Shown here in pieces: positions 52,548 through 63,438 of a stretch of DNA of 64,000 nt. The stretch is from an uncultured Holophagales bacterium (GTDB lineage Bacteria > Acidobacteriota > Thermoanaerobaculia > Multivoradales > UBA5704): contig CAWJGT010000009.1 of NCBI GenBank assembly GCA_963842525.1, positions 384,001 to 448,000 of the forward strand. Direction: 5' to 3'. The notes below the pieces were generated by a model. It saw only the letters and a program-made list of their open reading frames with translations. It was not told where the DNA came from and searched no databases. Numbering within the stretch: position 1 is the first letter of the stretch; every line of letters begins with the position of its first letter. The position numbers were made by a program, and so were the translations under genes.

Positions 52548-53676
52548 TCAGCGGGGGTTCGCGGCGAGGGAGTGTCTCGCCCGGTCGAGGAATCCTGCCA
52601 CCGCATGAAGCAGCTCGAGCTGCGTCTCCGCCTCGGTTTCGAAGGATTCCTTGAGCAGAAGCAACGCCGCCAGCGCCTCCCGGGCGATCCGGCGGGTACG
52701 GAACGTAGCCACCAGCTCTTCGACCAGGCAGCGGGTCTCGAAGGTCTTGCCCTGGCGCAGCCAAACTGCCGCCAGGTCGAGCGAGGCGAGCGCGGCGTGG
52801 TATTCCAAACCGGCTGTCTCAAGCTCGCGGCGCACGTGGGTGAACGCTTCCTCGGCGAGGTCGAGGCGCCCGAGCCCGGACTCGATCCTCCCCTCCAGCC
52901 AGCGCAGCTTGATGAGGTTCACGTGATCGCCTTCCGCGAAATAGACGCGGCGGCTGAGCCGCAGCAACCGCTGCGCCTGCCGGAACCGCCGGCAGTCCGC
53001 CAGGAAGCCGACCAGGTTGTGCACCGCCGAGAGGACCAGCTTCGGGTCGGCGGCCGGCTGGATCATCGCCAGCCCCGCACTGAGCAGAGTGACCGCCTGC
53101 TCGGCGTCGCTGCTGCAGCCGACGAAGACGCCCTTGCTGATGAGAGAGCGGCCGGCGTTGTGCCGATCGCCGTGGCTCTCGTAGATCTCGAAGACCGTGT
53201 CCAGCAATCCGAGCGCCTCGCTCATCCGGCGTTGGCCGCCGCGCAGGGACGCAGTGAGGTCCATGACGCGCGCGAGGAGCAGGGGGTCCCGCGTGCCGCG
53301 GGAAGCTCCACTCGACGGCGCTGCGCATGGCCCGCTCGGCGGACTCGTAGTCGTCGGCCACGCGGTAGGCGTTCGCCAGCTCCGCCAGGGCACGCGCCCG
53401 CAGATCGGCGGTCAGCTCGGGACCGTACTCCAGCGGATCGAGCTCCTCGGCCACCGAGACGGCCCTCTCGGCGAGGAGGACCATCCGCTCCGGAGCGTCA
53501 TAGCGGCAAGCCTGGCTGCGGGCGATCAGAGATTCGCACAGGCCCCACTTTTGGATCCCGCAACGATTCCAGGGGGAGGGCTCTCCGAGGCTGGACGGGA
53601 GCTGGGCCCCGGAGAGCTGCTCCGGGTGCAAGTCGTCGGGCATGAGATGGTCGCTCAAGGTCGCTACTCCTTGCAC
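52548..53676 (-). CDS. TPR-like protein of the same family lacking the zinc motif (receptor 7), frameshifted (~53305, possibly ~53570)
   Basis: RYDAPERMVLLA, LRARALAELANAYRV, GTRDPLLLAR, AVHNL, WLEGRI, ASLDLAAVW, IAREALAAL across two frames. Confidence 0.75.
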
Positions 53677-53725
53677 AATTTCAGATGCAATTCATGTGCC
53701 TAATAAATTCTTGCTGACAAGGAAA

Positions 53726-54037
53726 TCAGCCGTTGGGGCAGCCGTTCGGGTCGATCACCCAGCCGGCCTCGCATCCGCCGCTGCTGGTCGTGCTGCTGCT
53801 GGTGCCGCCGCCGCTTCCCGGCGCGCTGTCAGCAGCGAACATGCCGGTCAAGCCGGCCCATCTCTCGGTCAGCCAGCTCCATGCCTGGCCGAAAAAGCCC
53901 GCCTCCGACTCGATGACAACAAGAGCCGGGCCACTGCCGGACTCCGAAAGAACGGTTGCATGAACGGTCCCAGCCAGAGAGAGAGCGATGGTAAAAGCTA
54001 CCGCGCTCAGTGTACGGAGGGTGATCTTCCTGCTCAT
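53726..54037 (-). CDS. Secreted GxxIDPxG peptide precursor (103 aa)
   Basis: RBS GAGGAG; signal ending TVHA; FFGQAWSWLTERW; GS-rich linker; GGCEAGWVIDPNGCPNG*. Confidence 0.83.
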   Translation of the reverse strand: MSRKITLRTLSAVAFTIALSLAGTVHATVLSESGSGPALVVIESEAGFFGQAWSWLTERWAGLTGMFAADSAPGSGGGTSSSTTSSGGCEAGWVIDPNGCPNG

Positions 54038-54138
54038 CTCTGGGTCTCCTCGCCGTTGCTTGCGGCATCGGGCTGGGGCGTTTTCGCCTTTGCCCATTGG
54101 TCTCTGCGCCCCTGCAAAGGGCAGGCCAAACGGGGACT

Positions 54139-55062
54139 TCAGAAACGAGTACGGAAGAGCGTTCCCGCGGCATGGCTCATCAACAGCCGGAACACGGCGC
54201 TCCGCAGGCTGCTCTTCCCGCGCGGCAGGACGTCGATCTCGGGGTGCGGCTCGCCGAGGAGCACCTCGCGGGCGCGCAGCCGGCCGACCTCCATGGTCTG
54301 GAGGAGGACAGGCCACCGGCGCTCGGTGAAGGTGGCCGGCACGCAATGCCGCGGCCGGAGCACCACGGTGCGCTCGCGATAGGGCGAGGGGATGACGTGG
54401 TTGCAGTCCTGGGGGTTGCGGTAGAGGCCCCCTTCGCTCTCCCCCTTGTGGGTGATCAGGACGACGGCGTCGCACCCCTCCTCGAAGGCCTTCTCATAAG
54501 GAATGTTGTTGGTGAGGCTGCCGTCGCCGTAGCGTTCGCCGCCGATCCGCGGCGCATGGGTGTAGAAGGGCGGGAGATAGTTCGAAGCGAGCAGCAGCAG
54601 GAATGGATCCTCGACCGTCCGCGCCTCGAACACGACCGCTTGCCGGTCCCGCAGCCGGGTGACCCCGACGAAGAGCGGCAGGGCCTCCGGGCGGCACAGG
54701 CGGTCCTCTCCCACGTAGCGGGCGAAGGTGCGGCGGTGCATCTCGGCGAAGCGGAACGGCGAATGCTCGCGCAGCAGGTTGCCCGGGTCCAGGTGGGGCA
54801 TGCGCACGAAGGCGCGCCAGTAGTGGCGGATCCGGTGGAAGCTTCCCGCCGCCAGGGCCGCGCCGTTCCAGGCCCCACCGGAGACCGCCACGCAGAGCGC
54901 CGGCCGGACCCCCAGCTCCAGGAGCGTCTCGATGGCCCCGATCTGGACGGCGCACCGGGCCGAGCCGCCGGAGAGGACGAGGCCCACCTTCCGCGCGGAG
55001 CGGAGGATCGCGAGGGCCTCGCCTTCCGTACTGGTCTCAAGATCCGTCGTCGACACCGTCAT
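54139..55062 (-). CDS. Patatin-like phospholipase
   Basis: LVLSGGSAR, AVSGG (GxSxG variant), YGDGS (DGG variant). Confidence 0.85.
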   Translation of the reverse strand: MTVSTTDLETSTEGEALAILRSARKVGLVLSGGSARCAVQIGAIETLLELGVRPALCVAVSGGAWNGAALAAGSFHRIRHYWRAFVRMPHLDPGNLLREHSPFRFAEMHRRTFARYVGEDRLCRPEALPLFVGVTRLRDRQAVVFEARTVEDPFLLLLASNYLPPFYTHAPRIGGERYGDGSLTNNIPYEKAFEEGCDAVVLITHKGESEGGLYRNPQDCNHVIPSPYRERTVVLRPRHCVPATFTERRWPVLLQTMEVGRLRAREVLLGEPHPEIDVLPRGKSSLRSAVFRLLMSHAAGTLFRTRF

Positions 55063-55115
55063 CGCCTCTCCAGAATTCTACGGCGTTCTGGGCCGCGGGT
55101 TCTTGTGCGGGGCTG

Positions 55116-55161
55116 AAAAAAAAGAAGCCCGCGCGCCCCCGGGTACAAGGGCGGGCGGGCT
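55116..55161 (-). terminator. Rho-independent terminator
   Basis: Minus strand AGCCCGCCCGCCC...GGGCGCGCGGGCT followed by TCTTTTTTTT. Confidence 0.75.
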
Positions 55162-55260
55162 GGAGGGATGGGAGAAAGGGTCGGGTGCGTCTTTCCTTGG
55201 GGGGCTCCCGCGGAGTCGGCCTCGGGGAACGCGCAAGGCGCTGCTTGGAGCCCTCTCTAA
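55116..55260 (-). ncRNA. Candidate small RNA
   Basis: Promoter-like motif at 55268-55294, 5' stem GGGCTCC/GGAGCCC, CU-rich tract CCCUUUCUCCCAUCCCUCC, terminator; no ATG in the region. Confidence 0.45.
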
Positions 55261-55456
55261 TAGAGACGGTGCTTCTCGAAGGGAAAGCGTGACACCTTTT
55301 GAATTTCACGATGTCCTCCGTCCCTCGATCAGTGCCGCGACGAGTGCCACGACCGGTCTCCGGAGGTGTCCCGATTGGCATCGGCGCACGTTCTCATTCC
55401 CCGTGGACGGGAGTAGAATGCAGGACCGAGAAAGAGCCTCCAGGGAGGGAGCGCCG

Positions 55457-55729
55457 ATGATCACCCAGGACAAGCGGTCTTCCGAGGGCCGTGTCGAGGA
55501 TCTGCTCCGGCAGGTTGCGACGATCCAGGACGGCGCGGCGGGCAAACCCGTCGCGAGCTTCGAGCTGTGGGTGCCGGAGCGCCTCACGCTGCAGGGGCGT
55601 CGCATCCCCCAGGACGTGGCGCTGGTCGTCCTGCTGGACGCGGCCCTGGAGAAGAAGTTCGAGCCCGCCGGCTTCACCGAGGAGCCGGGAGGCCGGGTCT
55701 ACCGTTACGAGCGCTCCCTCGACGCATAG
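55457..55729 (+). CDS. Small hypothetical protein
   Basis: RBS GGGAGG, 90-codon ORF with GC3 bias. Confidence 0.6.
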   Translation: MITQDKRSSEGRVEDLLRQVATIQDGAAGKPVASFELWVPERLTLQGRRIPQDVALVVLLDAALEKKFEPAGFTEEPGGRVYRYERSLDA

Positions 55730-55925
55730 CCTTCAGGGTCCCGCCTCTCTCTGTTGGAGACCGCGAGCAGCTTCTCGATCGACTCGCGCTCCCGAAGTTA
55801 CGGGGAGAGAAAAGTCCTCGCCTGTCTATGGTGATCGACAGGCGAGGAGTCGCGTCCTGCCGTGTCCCGCCTCGCCGCAGGAAAGCACCTGTTCTTTTGA
55901 AGGTGCTGACAGAGGAGGTCTCTCC

Positions 55926-56833
55926 ATGGCGCGAAAGCTCACGTTCCGGCAGCTCGTGCTGTCCATCCTGGCACTCGTCGCCGGGCTGGGCCACAAGGAG
56001 ATCGGCGCCCGCCTGGGCCTGCGGCGGGAAAGTGTCGCGGATTATCTCGGCCGGAAGAGGAATACGGAGCTGGACGACACGGTCTATGAACGGCTGCTGT
56101 CGGCCTTCCGGCGCGGGCGGGCGGCGGCCTCTATCACGGCGGCGTTCCTGGAGGCCCTGGAGGCCCTCGACCGCGACAGCGATCTGACCGAGGAGGAGCT
56201 GGCCGCGATCGAGCAGGAGGTGCTGGCCGGCTCGCGCATCCTGCGGAAGCTCCTGGCGCGGTGCGCCGAAGGTCCCGCGAGGCCGGCTTCGAGGAGGGCT
56301 ATCCGAACGCCTTCGAAGCTCGCCTCTGCCGCCGGCGGGCGGAGGAGCAGCTTGCGGCGCTCTGCTTTGGCTGTGAGTTTCTGCCACGTCTGCCGGTATG
56401 CCGAGGCCGCAGATTTGGTAGAACAAACACGCCGGCTAGCTGCCGACTTGGGAGACAAGATCGACATGATCCGGCTGCACTGGCTTGAAGGGCGCATCCT
56501 GGCCGGGCGGGGCCGCCGCGAAGAGGCCCTCCGCCTGCTGGCCGAAGCGCGGGAGAGCTTCGCGGCCGAGCAGATGTTCTATGACGTGACCCTGGCCCTG
56601 CTCGAAGAGGGCGCGCTGCTCCTCGACGAGAACCGGACCCAGAGGTCAAGGCGCTCACCCGGGAGTTGCCGAAGATCTTCGAGTCCAAGGGCGTCCACCG
56701 TGAGGCCCTGGCCGCCCTGCGGATCTTCCAGGAAGCGGCGGAGCGGGAAGCGGCGACCGCCGAGCTCGCCCGCCGCGTCCTGCGTTTCCTCTTCCGGGCG
56801 CGATACGACCAGGGCCTGCGGTTCGAGTCATGA
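55926..56833 (+). pseudogene. Internally deleted/frameshifted HTH-TPR fusion related to the receptor family
   Basis: N-terminal GLGHKEIGARLGLRRESVADYL (HTH-like); C-terminal WLEGRI..ARESF..YDVTLALLE and IFESKGVHREALAAL..FLFRARYD across frames. Confidence 0.65.
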
Positions 56834-56852
56834 ACCCGAGGGCCGCTGGCTG

Positions 56853-57068
56853 ATGGAGGCCCTGCGCGCCGGCAACGTCATCGCGGATCTGGTGCGCACC
56901 GGCATCCGCGAGCACTATGGCGCCGGCAGCGAGAAGCTGGTCGAGTTCGGCATCGAGCCGTTCCGCAGCAGGAAGCGGAAGCCCGCGCCGGCGCCGACCA
57001 AGCCCGAGCCGGAACCCGAGCCGGTCGAATCGCTGAGCCCGACCTCCACCCCTGACACCGTGAAGTAG
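56853..57068 (+). pseudogene. Probable C-terminal gene fragment
   Basis: HYGAGSEKLVEFGIEPFR plus Pro-rich tail, no clear RBS. Confidence 0.35.
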
Positions 57069-57191
57069 CTCCTCTCCGGAGGGGGCAACTGCCATCCGCC
57101 CCCTCCCCTTTTCCCTCCCGAGTCGCCGGGACATCGATTTCGCGCGACGCGGAACGCATCCGAGATGAGAGGGATCGATCTCAGGTGACGC

Positions 57192-57243
57192 GGAACGCCT
57201 GCCAAAAAATCTGGATCGATACAGAAAATTTGGCAGGCGTTCC
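57192..57243. repeat. 15-bp perfect inverted repeat within a degenerate repeat-rich spacer
   Basis: GGAACGCCTGCCAAA...TTTGGCAGGCGTTCC. Confidence 0.7.
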
Positions 57244-57504
57244 AGTTTAAGTGGAACCGATAACACGTGACTCTGGACGCGTTCCAAAAAACCTCGATCG
57301 ATCCCGTGTGACACGGAAGACATCGGGACGAAGTGGAACCGGTATCGCCTGACGTGCAAGCGATATCAGGTGACTGTGGATGCGTTCCAGGAGCGGACGG
57401 CTCGTCGCCAGGCCCTGGAAGGCGCTTGCAGGTGTCCTGGCACGACAGGAATCGCCCGAGGCTCCGGAGTGTTTCCTGAGAAGGGAACAGGAGGACCGAC
57501 CGAC

Positions 57505-57726
57505 ATGAGTTGCCATACCCCAGGATGCGCCGGCGAGCACGCGGCCGGGACCATCAGTCATTCGGTGCTCTACCAGGAGAGGACGATCGTCCTCCGCAAC
57601 GTGCCCGCCTCGATCTGCCCGGACTGCGGTGACGCGGTCCTCTCCGACGAGACCCTGATCGTCGTCGAAGGCCTGCTGCGGCGGAAGACCCGCGCCAAGG
57701 GGACGGACTTCGCCTACGAGGCGTGA
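57505..57726 (+). CDS. YgiT/MqsA-type zinc finger protein
   Basis: RBS AGGAGG; CHTPGC...IVLRNVPASICPDCG. Confidence 0.8.
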   Translation: MSCHTPGCAGEHAAGTISHSVLYQERTIVLRNVPASICPDCGDAVLSDETLIVVEGLLRRKTRAKGTDFAYEA

Positions 57727-57737
57727 GGCGATCGCTG

Positions 57738-58046
57738 TCAGTGCTCGGTCCGCCCGTAGGCGATCTGCGCCAGCGGGCCGTTGACATCGAGCTTCCGGGC
57801 TCGGAAGCTGTCGATCCCGAACGACCGCAGGCGCTCCGTCTGCAGCGCGAGATAGGCGTCCAGCGAGGGCTCGTCCCCGAAGAGGTAGATCCCGCCCTCC
57901 TCGCTTGTCGCGGTGTTCTCCGTCCAGATTTTCCAGATCAGCCCGGGCGTCCGTGCGACGTCCTGCGCCGGCTCGAAGCACGTTTTCGTCATCTCATGGC
58001 CCTCGGGGGCCGGAAAGTCGATTTGCAGGAGCTTCATGGTACTCAT
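57738..58046 (-). CDS. YdhR-like putative monooxygenase
   Basis: LLQIDF...PGLIWKIWTEN...GGIYLF. Confidence 0.85.
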   Translation of the reverse strand: MSTMKLLQIDFPAPEGHEMTKTCFEPAQDVARTPGLIWKIWTENTATSEEGGIYLFGDEPSLDAYLALQTERLRSFGIDSFRARKLDVNGPLAQIAYGRTEH

Positions 58047-58132
58047 GGCACACAGCCTCCTTCGCCATCGAGGGAGGAACGAATCCGCGGACCCGATCCC
58101 CTCTCGATGAGACGGAGGAATGTCCCGTTTTC

Positions 58133-60777
58133 CTACGGCGCGCTGGGGCCGAGGACGACGGCGTTCAGGAAGAGGCGGTCCGAGCCTCGCCAGTAGCCGC
58201 GGAAGCTCGGGTCTTCGGCGAAGGCGATCACCCGGCCGCGGCCGACCCGCTCTTCATAGAGGAAGACGGCGCCCGGCAGCCGCTCCTGGGTCTCCGGCCA
58301 GATGTGGCCGGACAGCCGCAGCCGGTCGCCGGGCGCGTAGCGGGCCGCCACCCGCCGGTCGTTCTCCGCCGGTCCCTTCGGAGCAAGGTAGATCCGCGAC
58401 GAGTCGGCCAGCACCGGCAGCTCGGGGCCGGAGCCCGCGGTCAGCCAGGTCTCGGGATCGAGGACCGTGCGCAGGATGGACCCCGGGACGTCGATGCGCT
58501 GGGGTTCTTCGCCCTCGTCGCTCTCCTTTTTCCCCTTTTTCTGCTCGTCGTACCAGGACCGCAGGGCGGTCAGCTTCAGCTTCTCGCGGACGAAGTCCAC
58601 GGCGCCTCCGATGGCCACCAGGGTGCCGCCGTCGCGCACCCAGCGCTCCAGGCGCTGCACGCCCGCTTCGCCGAGCTCCCGGGCGAGCGCGTCGGGCGAG
58701 CCGAGGTCGGGCACGACGATCGTGTCGAAACGGTGGATCGGCGTATCGGCCACCGAGCGGACGCGGCGCACGGTGATCGGGATCTCGTACTGGCGGTCGA
58801 GGACGTACCAGCTCCAGCCGAACGAATAGCCCTGGAGAGGAGCGCCGCCGAGGAGGGCGATCTCCGGCTTGCGGAATGCCATCACGTCGCCCGAGCCCAG
58901 GGAAGGGAAATCCACCTCGGAATGGCCCGAGTCCACGCCGGCCACCCGCAGACGGTAGCGGCGCGCCTGCTCCCGCAAGGCGTCGTGGACCCCTTCGCCG
59001 TTGATCCCGACGCGCACGATGATGGTGCCGCGGGCGAAGTCCCGGCCGCCGATCCGCGTGGGCCGGAGGATGACCGAGGCCCGATAGCCCTGCGCCCGGA
59101 GCTGGTAGAGCGCGGCCACGCCCGCCGCCTGCCGGCCGTCGATGAGATAGGCATACCGTGGGCGCTGTGCCGGCATCTCGAAACCCCCACCGGCCGTCGC
59201 GCATCCGCCGCCTTCAGGGGGAGGCTCTTGCGGTCCGTGGTGCTGTAGCCGCCCACGTCGAAGAGCAAGGGGAGCGACCAGGCGGTGATGTCGTAGAACT
59301 CGGGGTTGCGGTCGGCGAGGACGCGCTCGCGCGCCTTTTTGAGGAAGGCTTCGGGCAGCGGCAGATCGGGCTCCAGGAGGGCGCGCACCAGGGGGCCGCG
59401 GGGCTGGGCGGTCTCGACCACCCAGGTGCCGGCCGGGAAACGGCGGCTTCCCACGCTGTGCCCTTCGCGGTCGCGCACACCGGAGAAGGTCACGTCCTCG
59501 GCCAGGGCCCGGACCTCGATGCCGTTGCGCCGCAGCAGGTCCGCCAGCTCGGCGACCAGCGCCGGATCGCCCGAGCCCGGATCGACCGCGATCAGGTAGC
59601 GGGCGATGCCGTTTTTCCCGCTGTCGATCGACTCGCGGAGCCCCTGGTGGTACTCCCGGAGCAGGCGCTCGCGCTCGGTCGACGCCAGGCGCACGGCCGT
59701 CCAGGCCGCCGTGTACTGCTGCTCCAGGGCGTCGGACAGGCGGCGCACGGTGTCGTCCGGCCGCTCGAGGGCGAGGCCGCGGGTGGAGCCCTGCTCGAAG
59801 AGCATGCCCACGCCGCCCTGATAGCTGCTGTACGACGTGGTGTAGCCCGGATAGAAATAGTTGTAGCGCTCGCGGGTCATGTATTCGAACCCGGCGGCGT
59901 CGAAAGCGCCGGCATAGGCCCGACCGAAGTGGTCGAACCAGCGGCGGGCGAAGGGAGGGAAGTGCGGGCCATACGGCTCCGCCGCGGGGTCGAAGTAGAA
60001 CTCGGCGTCCGCCCCCTGCTCGTGGGCGTCGATCATCACCTGCGGGTGCCAGGCCTGGAAGGTGCCGACCCGGTTGCGCGTCTCGCGCTGGGTGTGGGCG
60101 AACCAGTCGCGGTTCGTATCGAAAAAGTAGTGGCCGGTGCGGAAAGAGACCGCTTCCCAGCCGTTGAAATCGTTCGACCAGTCGTCCCGCGCGGCGCTTG
60201 GCTCGCGGCCGATGGAATCATGGTTGGAAGAGACGAAGGCGTCGCGCCCGTCGGGGTTGAGCATCGGATCGATGAGCACAACCGTGTTGCGCAGTGCCTC
60301 CAGGGTCTCCGGGTCGTCGCGGGTCGTCAGGTGCTCCAGGAGCTTCAGGAGGCCCTCGCTGCCGGACAGCTCGAAACCGTGGATCGACCCGCCCATCCAG
60401 ACAATGGCCGGCTGCCGCTTCGCGATCGCCGACGCCTCGTCGGGAGAGGTGCGGCGCGGATCGGCCAGCCGCTGGGCGTCGGCCCGGATCTCCTCCAGGC
60501 GCGCATGGTTTTCCGGCGAGGTCACAATGGCCAGCGGCAACTGCCGTTCCTCCCACGACCTGCCCTGGTCGATCACCTTCACCCGGTCCGACGTGGCGGC
60601 AAGCCGTTCCAGGTAGCGGACCATCGCGGCATGGCTGGTGATCCGCTCCCCGAAGCCGTGGCCCGAGACCTCGCGAAAGGTCGGGACCTTGCCGTCCGCC
60701 GCGGACAGGCGGACCGGCAGCAGGGAGAGGGACAACAGGACGAGGACAAGGACGGCAGACCTGGGACGCTCCGGCAT
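58133..60777 (-). CDS. Secreted M14-family zinc carboxypeptidase-like protein, apparent frameshift ~59180
   Basis: Signal peptide; IHGFE, NPDG, NRD, DAHEQG; YDITAWSLP; C-terminal domain in ORF 58133-59176. Confidence 0.85.
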
Positions 60778-60845
60778 CGCGGCCTCCTGGAAGAACGGTC
60801 GATCGGGCGGGATTGTAGCCTGGGAATGCCGGGTCGCAGAGTAAA

Positions 60846-62392
60846 ATGAAGAAATGTCCCCGTCCCTGCCCCTGGAACGCCGTCCCTTGGCTGAAGGCGA
60901 TCCAGATGCTGCCGCGGGACGGCAAGGCGGTGTCCCGTGACTTCAAGGACAACGAGGACGAGGTCTTCAGCGCCGTGGCCGAGCTCGTGCTGAATCGAGC
61001 GGGCATGGCCGAGGACGGGCCCGTCCGCTCGCTCGGCGGATACTCGATCCCGGAGCGGACCCGGTCCTTCGGTGTGACCGAGATCCTCGAGGCTCCACCT
61101 CCAGCTCCGCCTCCTCAGGTGCGCGTGGAGATTGCCCGGCTCCCCGTGACCGGCGCCGAGCTTTTCGGCCGGCAGGCGGAGCTGAGTTGGCTCGACCAGC
61201 TCTGGGATGAGGGCAGAGTGCGCGTCGCGAGCCTCGTCGCCTGGGGCGGAGTGGGGAAGTCCACCCTGGTCAACAAATGGCTGGAGAGCCTGGCGGCCGA
61301 GGGCTGGCGGGGCGCCCGGCGAGTCTACGGGTGGTCCTTCTACAGCCAGGGGACGGGCCATCGGGCGACCTCGGCCGACGAGCTGATTCATGACGCTCTG
61401 GGCCGGTTCGGCGACCCCGACCCGGCCGCCGGCTCGCCACGATCCCGGACCTGGACCTCCCGCAGGAGGCGGGACGCCATCCCCGGAGGATGATGGAAGC
61501 CTTCGCCCGACGCTTCGGCGCGGGACCCGAGCTCGAGCTCCTTCTGGTTCTGGGCCTCTTCGACCGGCCGGCGCCGAGAGCGGCGATCGACGCCGTGCGT
61601 GCGGCACCGGCCTTTGAAGGGCTGACGGAGCATCTGACCGGGATGCCGGAGCGAGATTTCCAGCGGCTGGTGGAGCGGCTGCGCAGCCTGAAGCTGCTGG
61701 CCAAGGCGGACCCACAGACTCCGGAGGATCTCGATGCGCATCCGCTGGTGCGAGAGCACTTCGGCGAAAGGCTGCGAGTCGCCAACCTCCTGGGCTGGCA
61801 GGAAGCGCATGCCCGGTTGTCGCGGTATTACGCTCAGTCGACGAAGGATCTTCCCGAGACCATCCAGGAGATGGCCCCCCTCTATACGGCCATCGCGCAC
61901 GGCTGCAAGGCCGGCCGCTACCAGGAATGTCTGGACGAGATCTACCGGCGCCGGATCGCACGGGGAGACGAGGGCTACAGCGTCTATTCGCTCGGCTTGG
62001 GCAGTGCCGATCTCGGAGCGCTCCTGAGCTTCTTTGACCCGGGGGAGCTCCGGCCGGTCGAGGATCTGGATCCGTTGGGGCGGGTCTTCGTGCTGGAGCG
62101 GGCTGGCCTCTTGCTGCGCTCCCTGGGACGGCGGGGCACGACCTCGGTGCTGCGGACGGGCCTCGCTCTGGCGGTGGCCGAGAAGCAGTGGCGTTACGCG
62201 GAGAAGTGCGTGCGTCACCTGAGCTCGTATTACCGGACGGTCGGCGAGTTCGAAGCGGCGCTGGAGCACGCGAGGGAAGGCGTCCTGTGGGCGGACCGAA
62301 GCGGGGGACATGGAGACCCGTCGGACCGTCCTAACCTCAGAACCTCACAGAAGGACAGGGTCCGCTGCGAGTTCCGAGTTCCCGCGCCTTGA
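60846..62392 (+). pseudogene. Remnant of a (TIR)-P-loop NTPase-TPR (STAND-like) gene
   Basis: PWLKAIQMLPRDGK (TIR-tail-like), FGRQAEL, WGGVGKS Walker A, LDAHPLVREHF, truncated TPR; broken frames and missing segments. Confidence 0.6.
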
Positions 62393-62468
62393 AAGTGCAC
62401 CTCTCTTGTCGGGGTCGTCCCGCTACGGTATCTTTGACGGATCTCGGGAGACTCCCTATACTCGGACT

Positions 62469-63354
62469 ATGGCCGAGCCTGCCTGGAAGACGCCGACCGG
62501 GAAGCGATGGGTACCGGAGCACGAGGCCTCGGACGAGGCCGAGGAGCGCTCTGTTCTCCAGCGTTGGATCGAAACCCCCGAGGGTCGCCGGGAGCTTTTG
62601 GAGCTTCCTCTTACGCCGGAGCTTTTTCTTAACCCGGAGCTCGACCGACAAGATGCCCCAGGGGGGATGGCACGATGCGACAGCCGGGGAGATCAGCATC
62701 CTTCTCCGGAGCTACTTCCGGCCGCAACCGGAGGTAAAGGTCTTTCATGACCTGAAGCACCTGCTCGGACGCGGCCTGCCAGGTCCTGCGCCCGATGTCT
62801 CGGTCGTCCGGGGCCTCCCTGCTTCGATCCTTCCGGACAGCCTCGACATTGAAAAAGAGGGTGTCCGGCCCTCTCTGTTCATCGAGGTCGTCTCTCCCCT
62901 GAGCGCCCGGGTGCGCCATACCGATCTGGTGGACAAGGTCAAGCTCTACCAGCGTGTCGGCATCCCCGAGTACCTGATCGTGGACGCGATGCCCAAGCGG
63001 GGCATCCGGCGCTACAGCCTGCTGGGCTACCGCCTCGACGGCCGAGGCCGGTATCAGACGATCCAGCCGGATGCGGAAGGAGGTCTGCTGTCGGAGACCA
63101 CCGGCATCCGGTTCCAGATCGGCCCGACCGGCGACCGGGTCTTCCTGTTCGAAGCCGCTACCGGCCGGCGTCTGCTCAACCTGGACGAGCAGGAAGAGAG
63201 AGCTCAGGCGGCCGAGGAGAGAGCCGGTGTGGCCGAGGAGAGAGCCGGTGCGGCCGAGGAGAGGGCGACCCGCGAGGAAACTGCCCGCAAAGCTGCCGAA
63301 GCGGAAGTCGCCCGCCTGCGAGCCGAAATCGAACGCCTGCGCCAAGGGTCCTGA
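62469..63354 (+). CDS. Uma2-family (PD-(D/E)xK) endonuclease-like protein with coiled-coil tail, apparent frameshift ~62645
   Basis: APDVSVV, FIEVVSP, DKVKLYQRVGIPEYLIVD; AEERA repeats at the C-terminus. Confidence 0.8.
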
Positions 63355-63438
63355 TCGACCCTGGACTTTGAGTGGAGCCAGGACACCTTCCCCGCGGGGC
63401 GGTTTGCCGCGGACATATCGGAGGCCGGTACCGGTACG

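Noticed and set aside
24120-54037. IDPxG as the RHS-toxin DPxG autoproteolysis motif
   Set aside because: The resemblance is only 4-5 residues; there is no RHS/YD core and no toxin domain follows, since the motif is at the C-terminus of tiny secreted proteins
54100-54140. Array-type promoter upstream of peptide 54037
   Set aside because: Only a weak AGTCCCCGTTTG match with no CAC[TC] at the expected spacing
55160-55300. 6S RNA or a known riboswitch
   Set aside because: No symmetrical central bubble or recognisable aptamer consensus; kept only as an unclassified sRNA candidate
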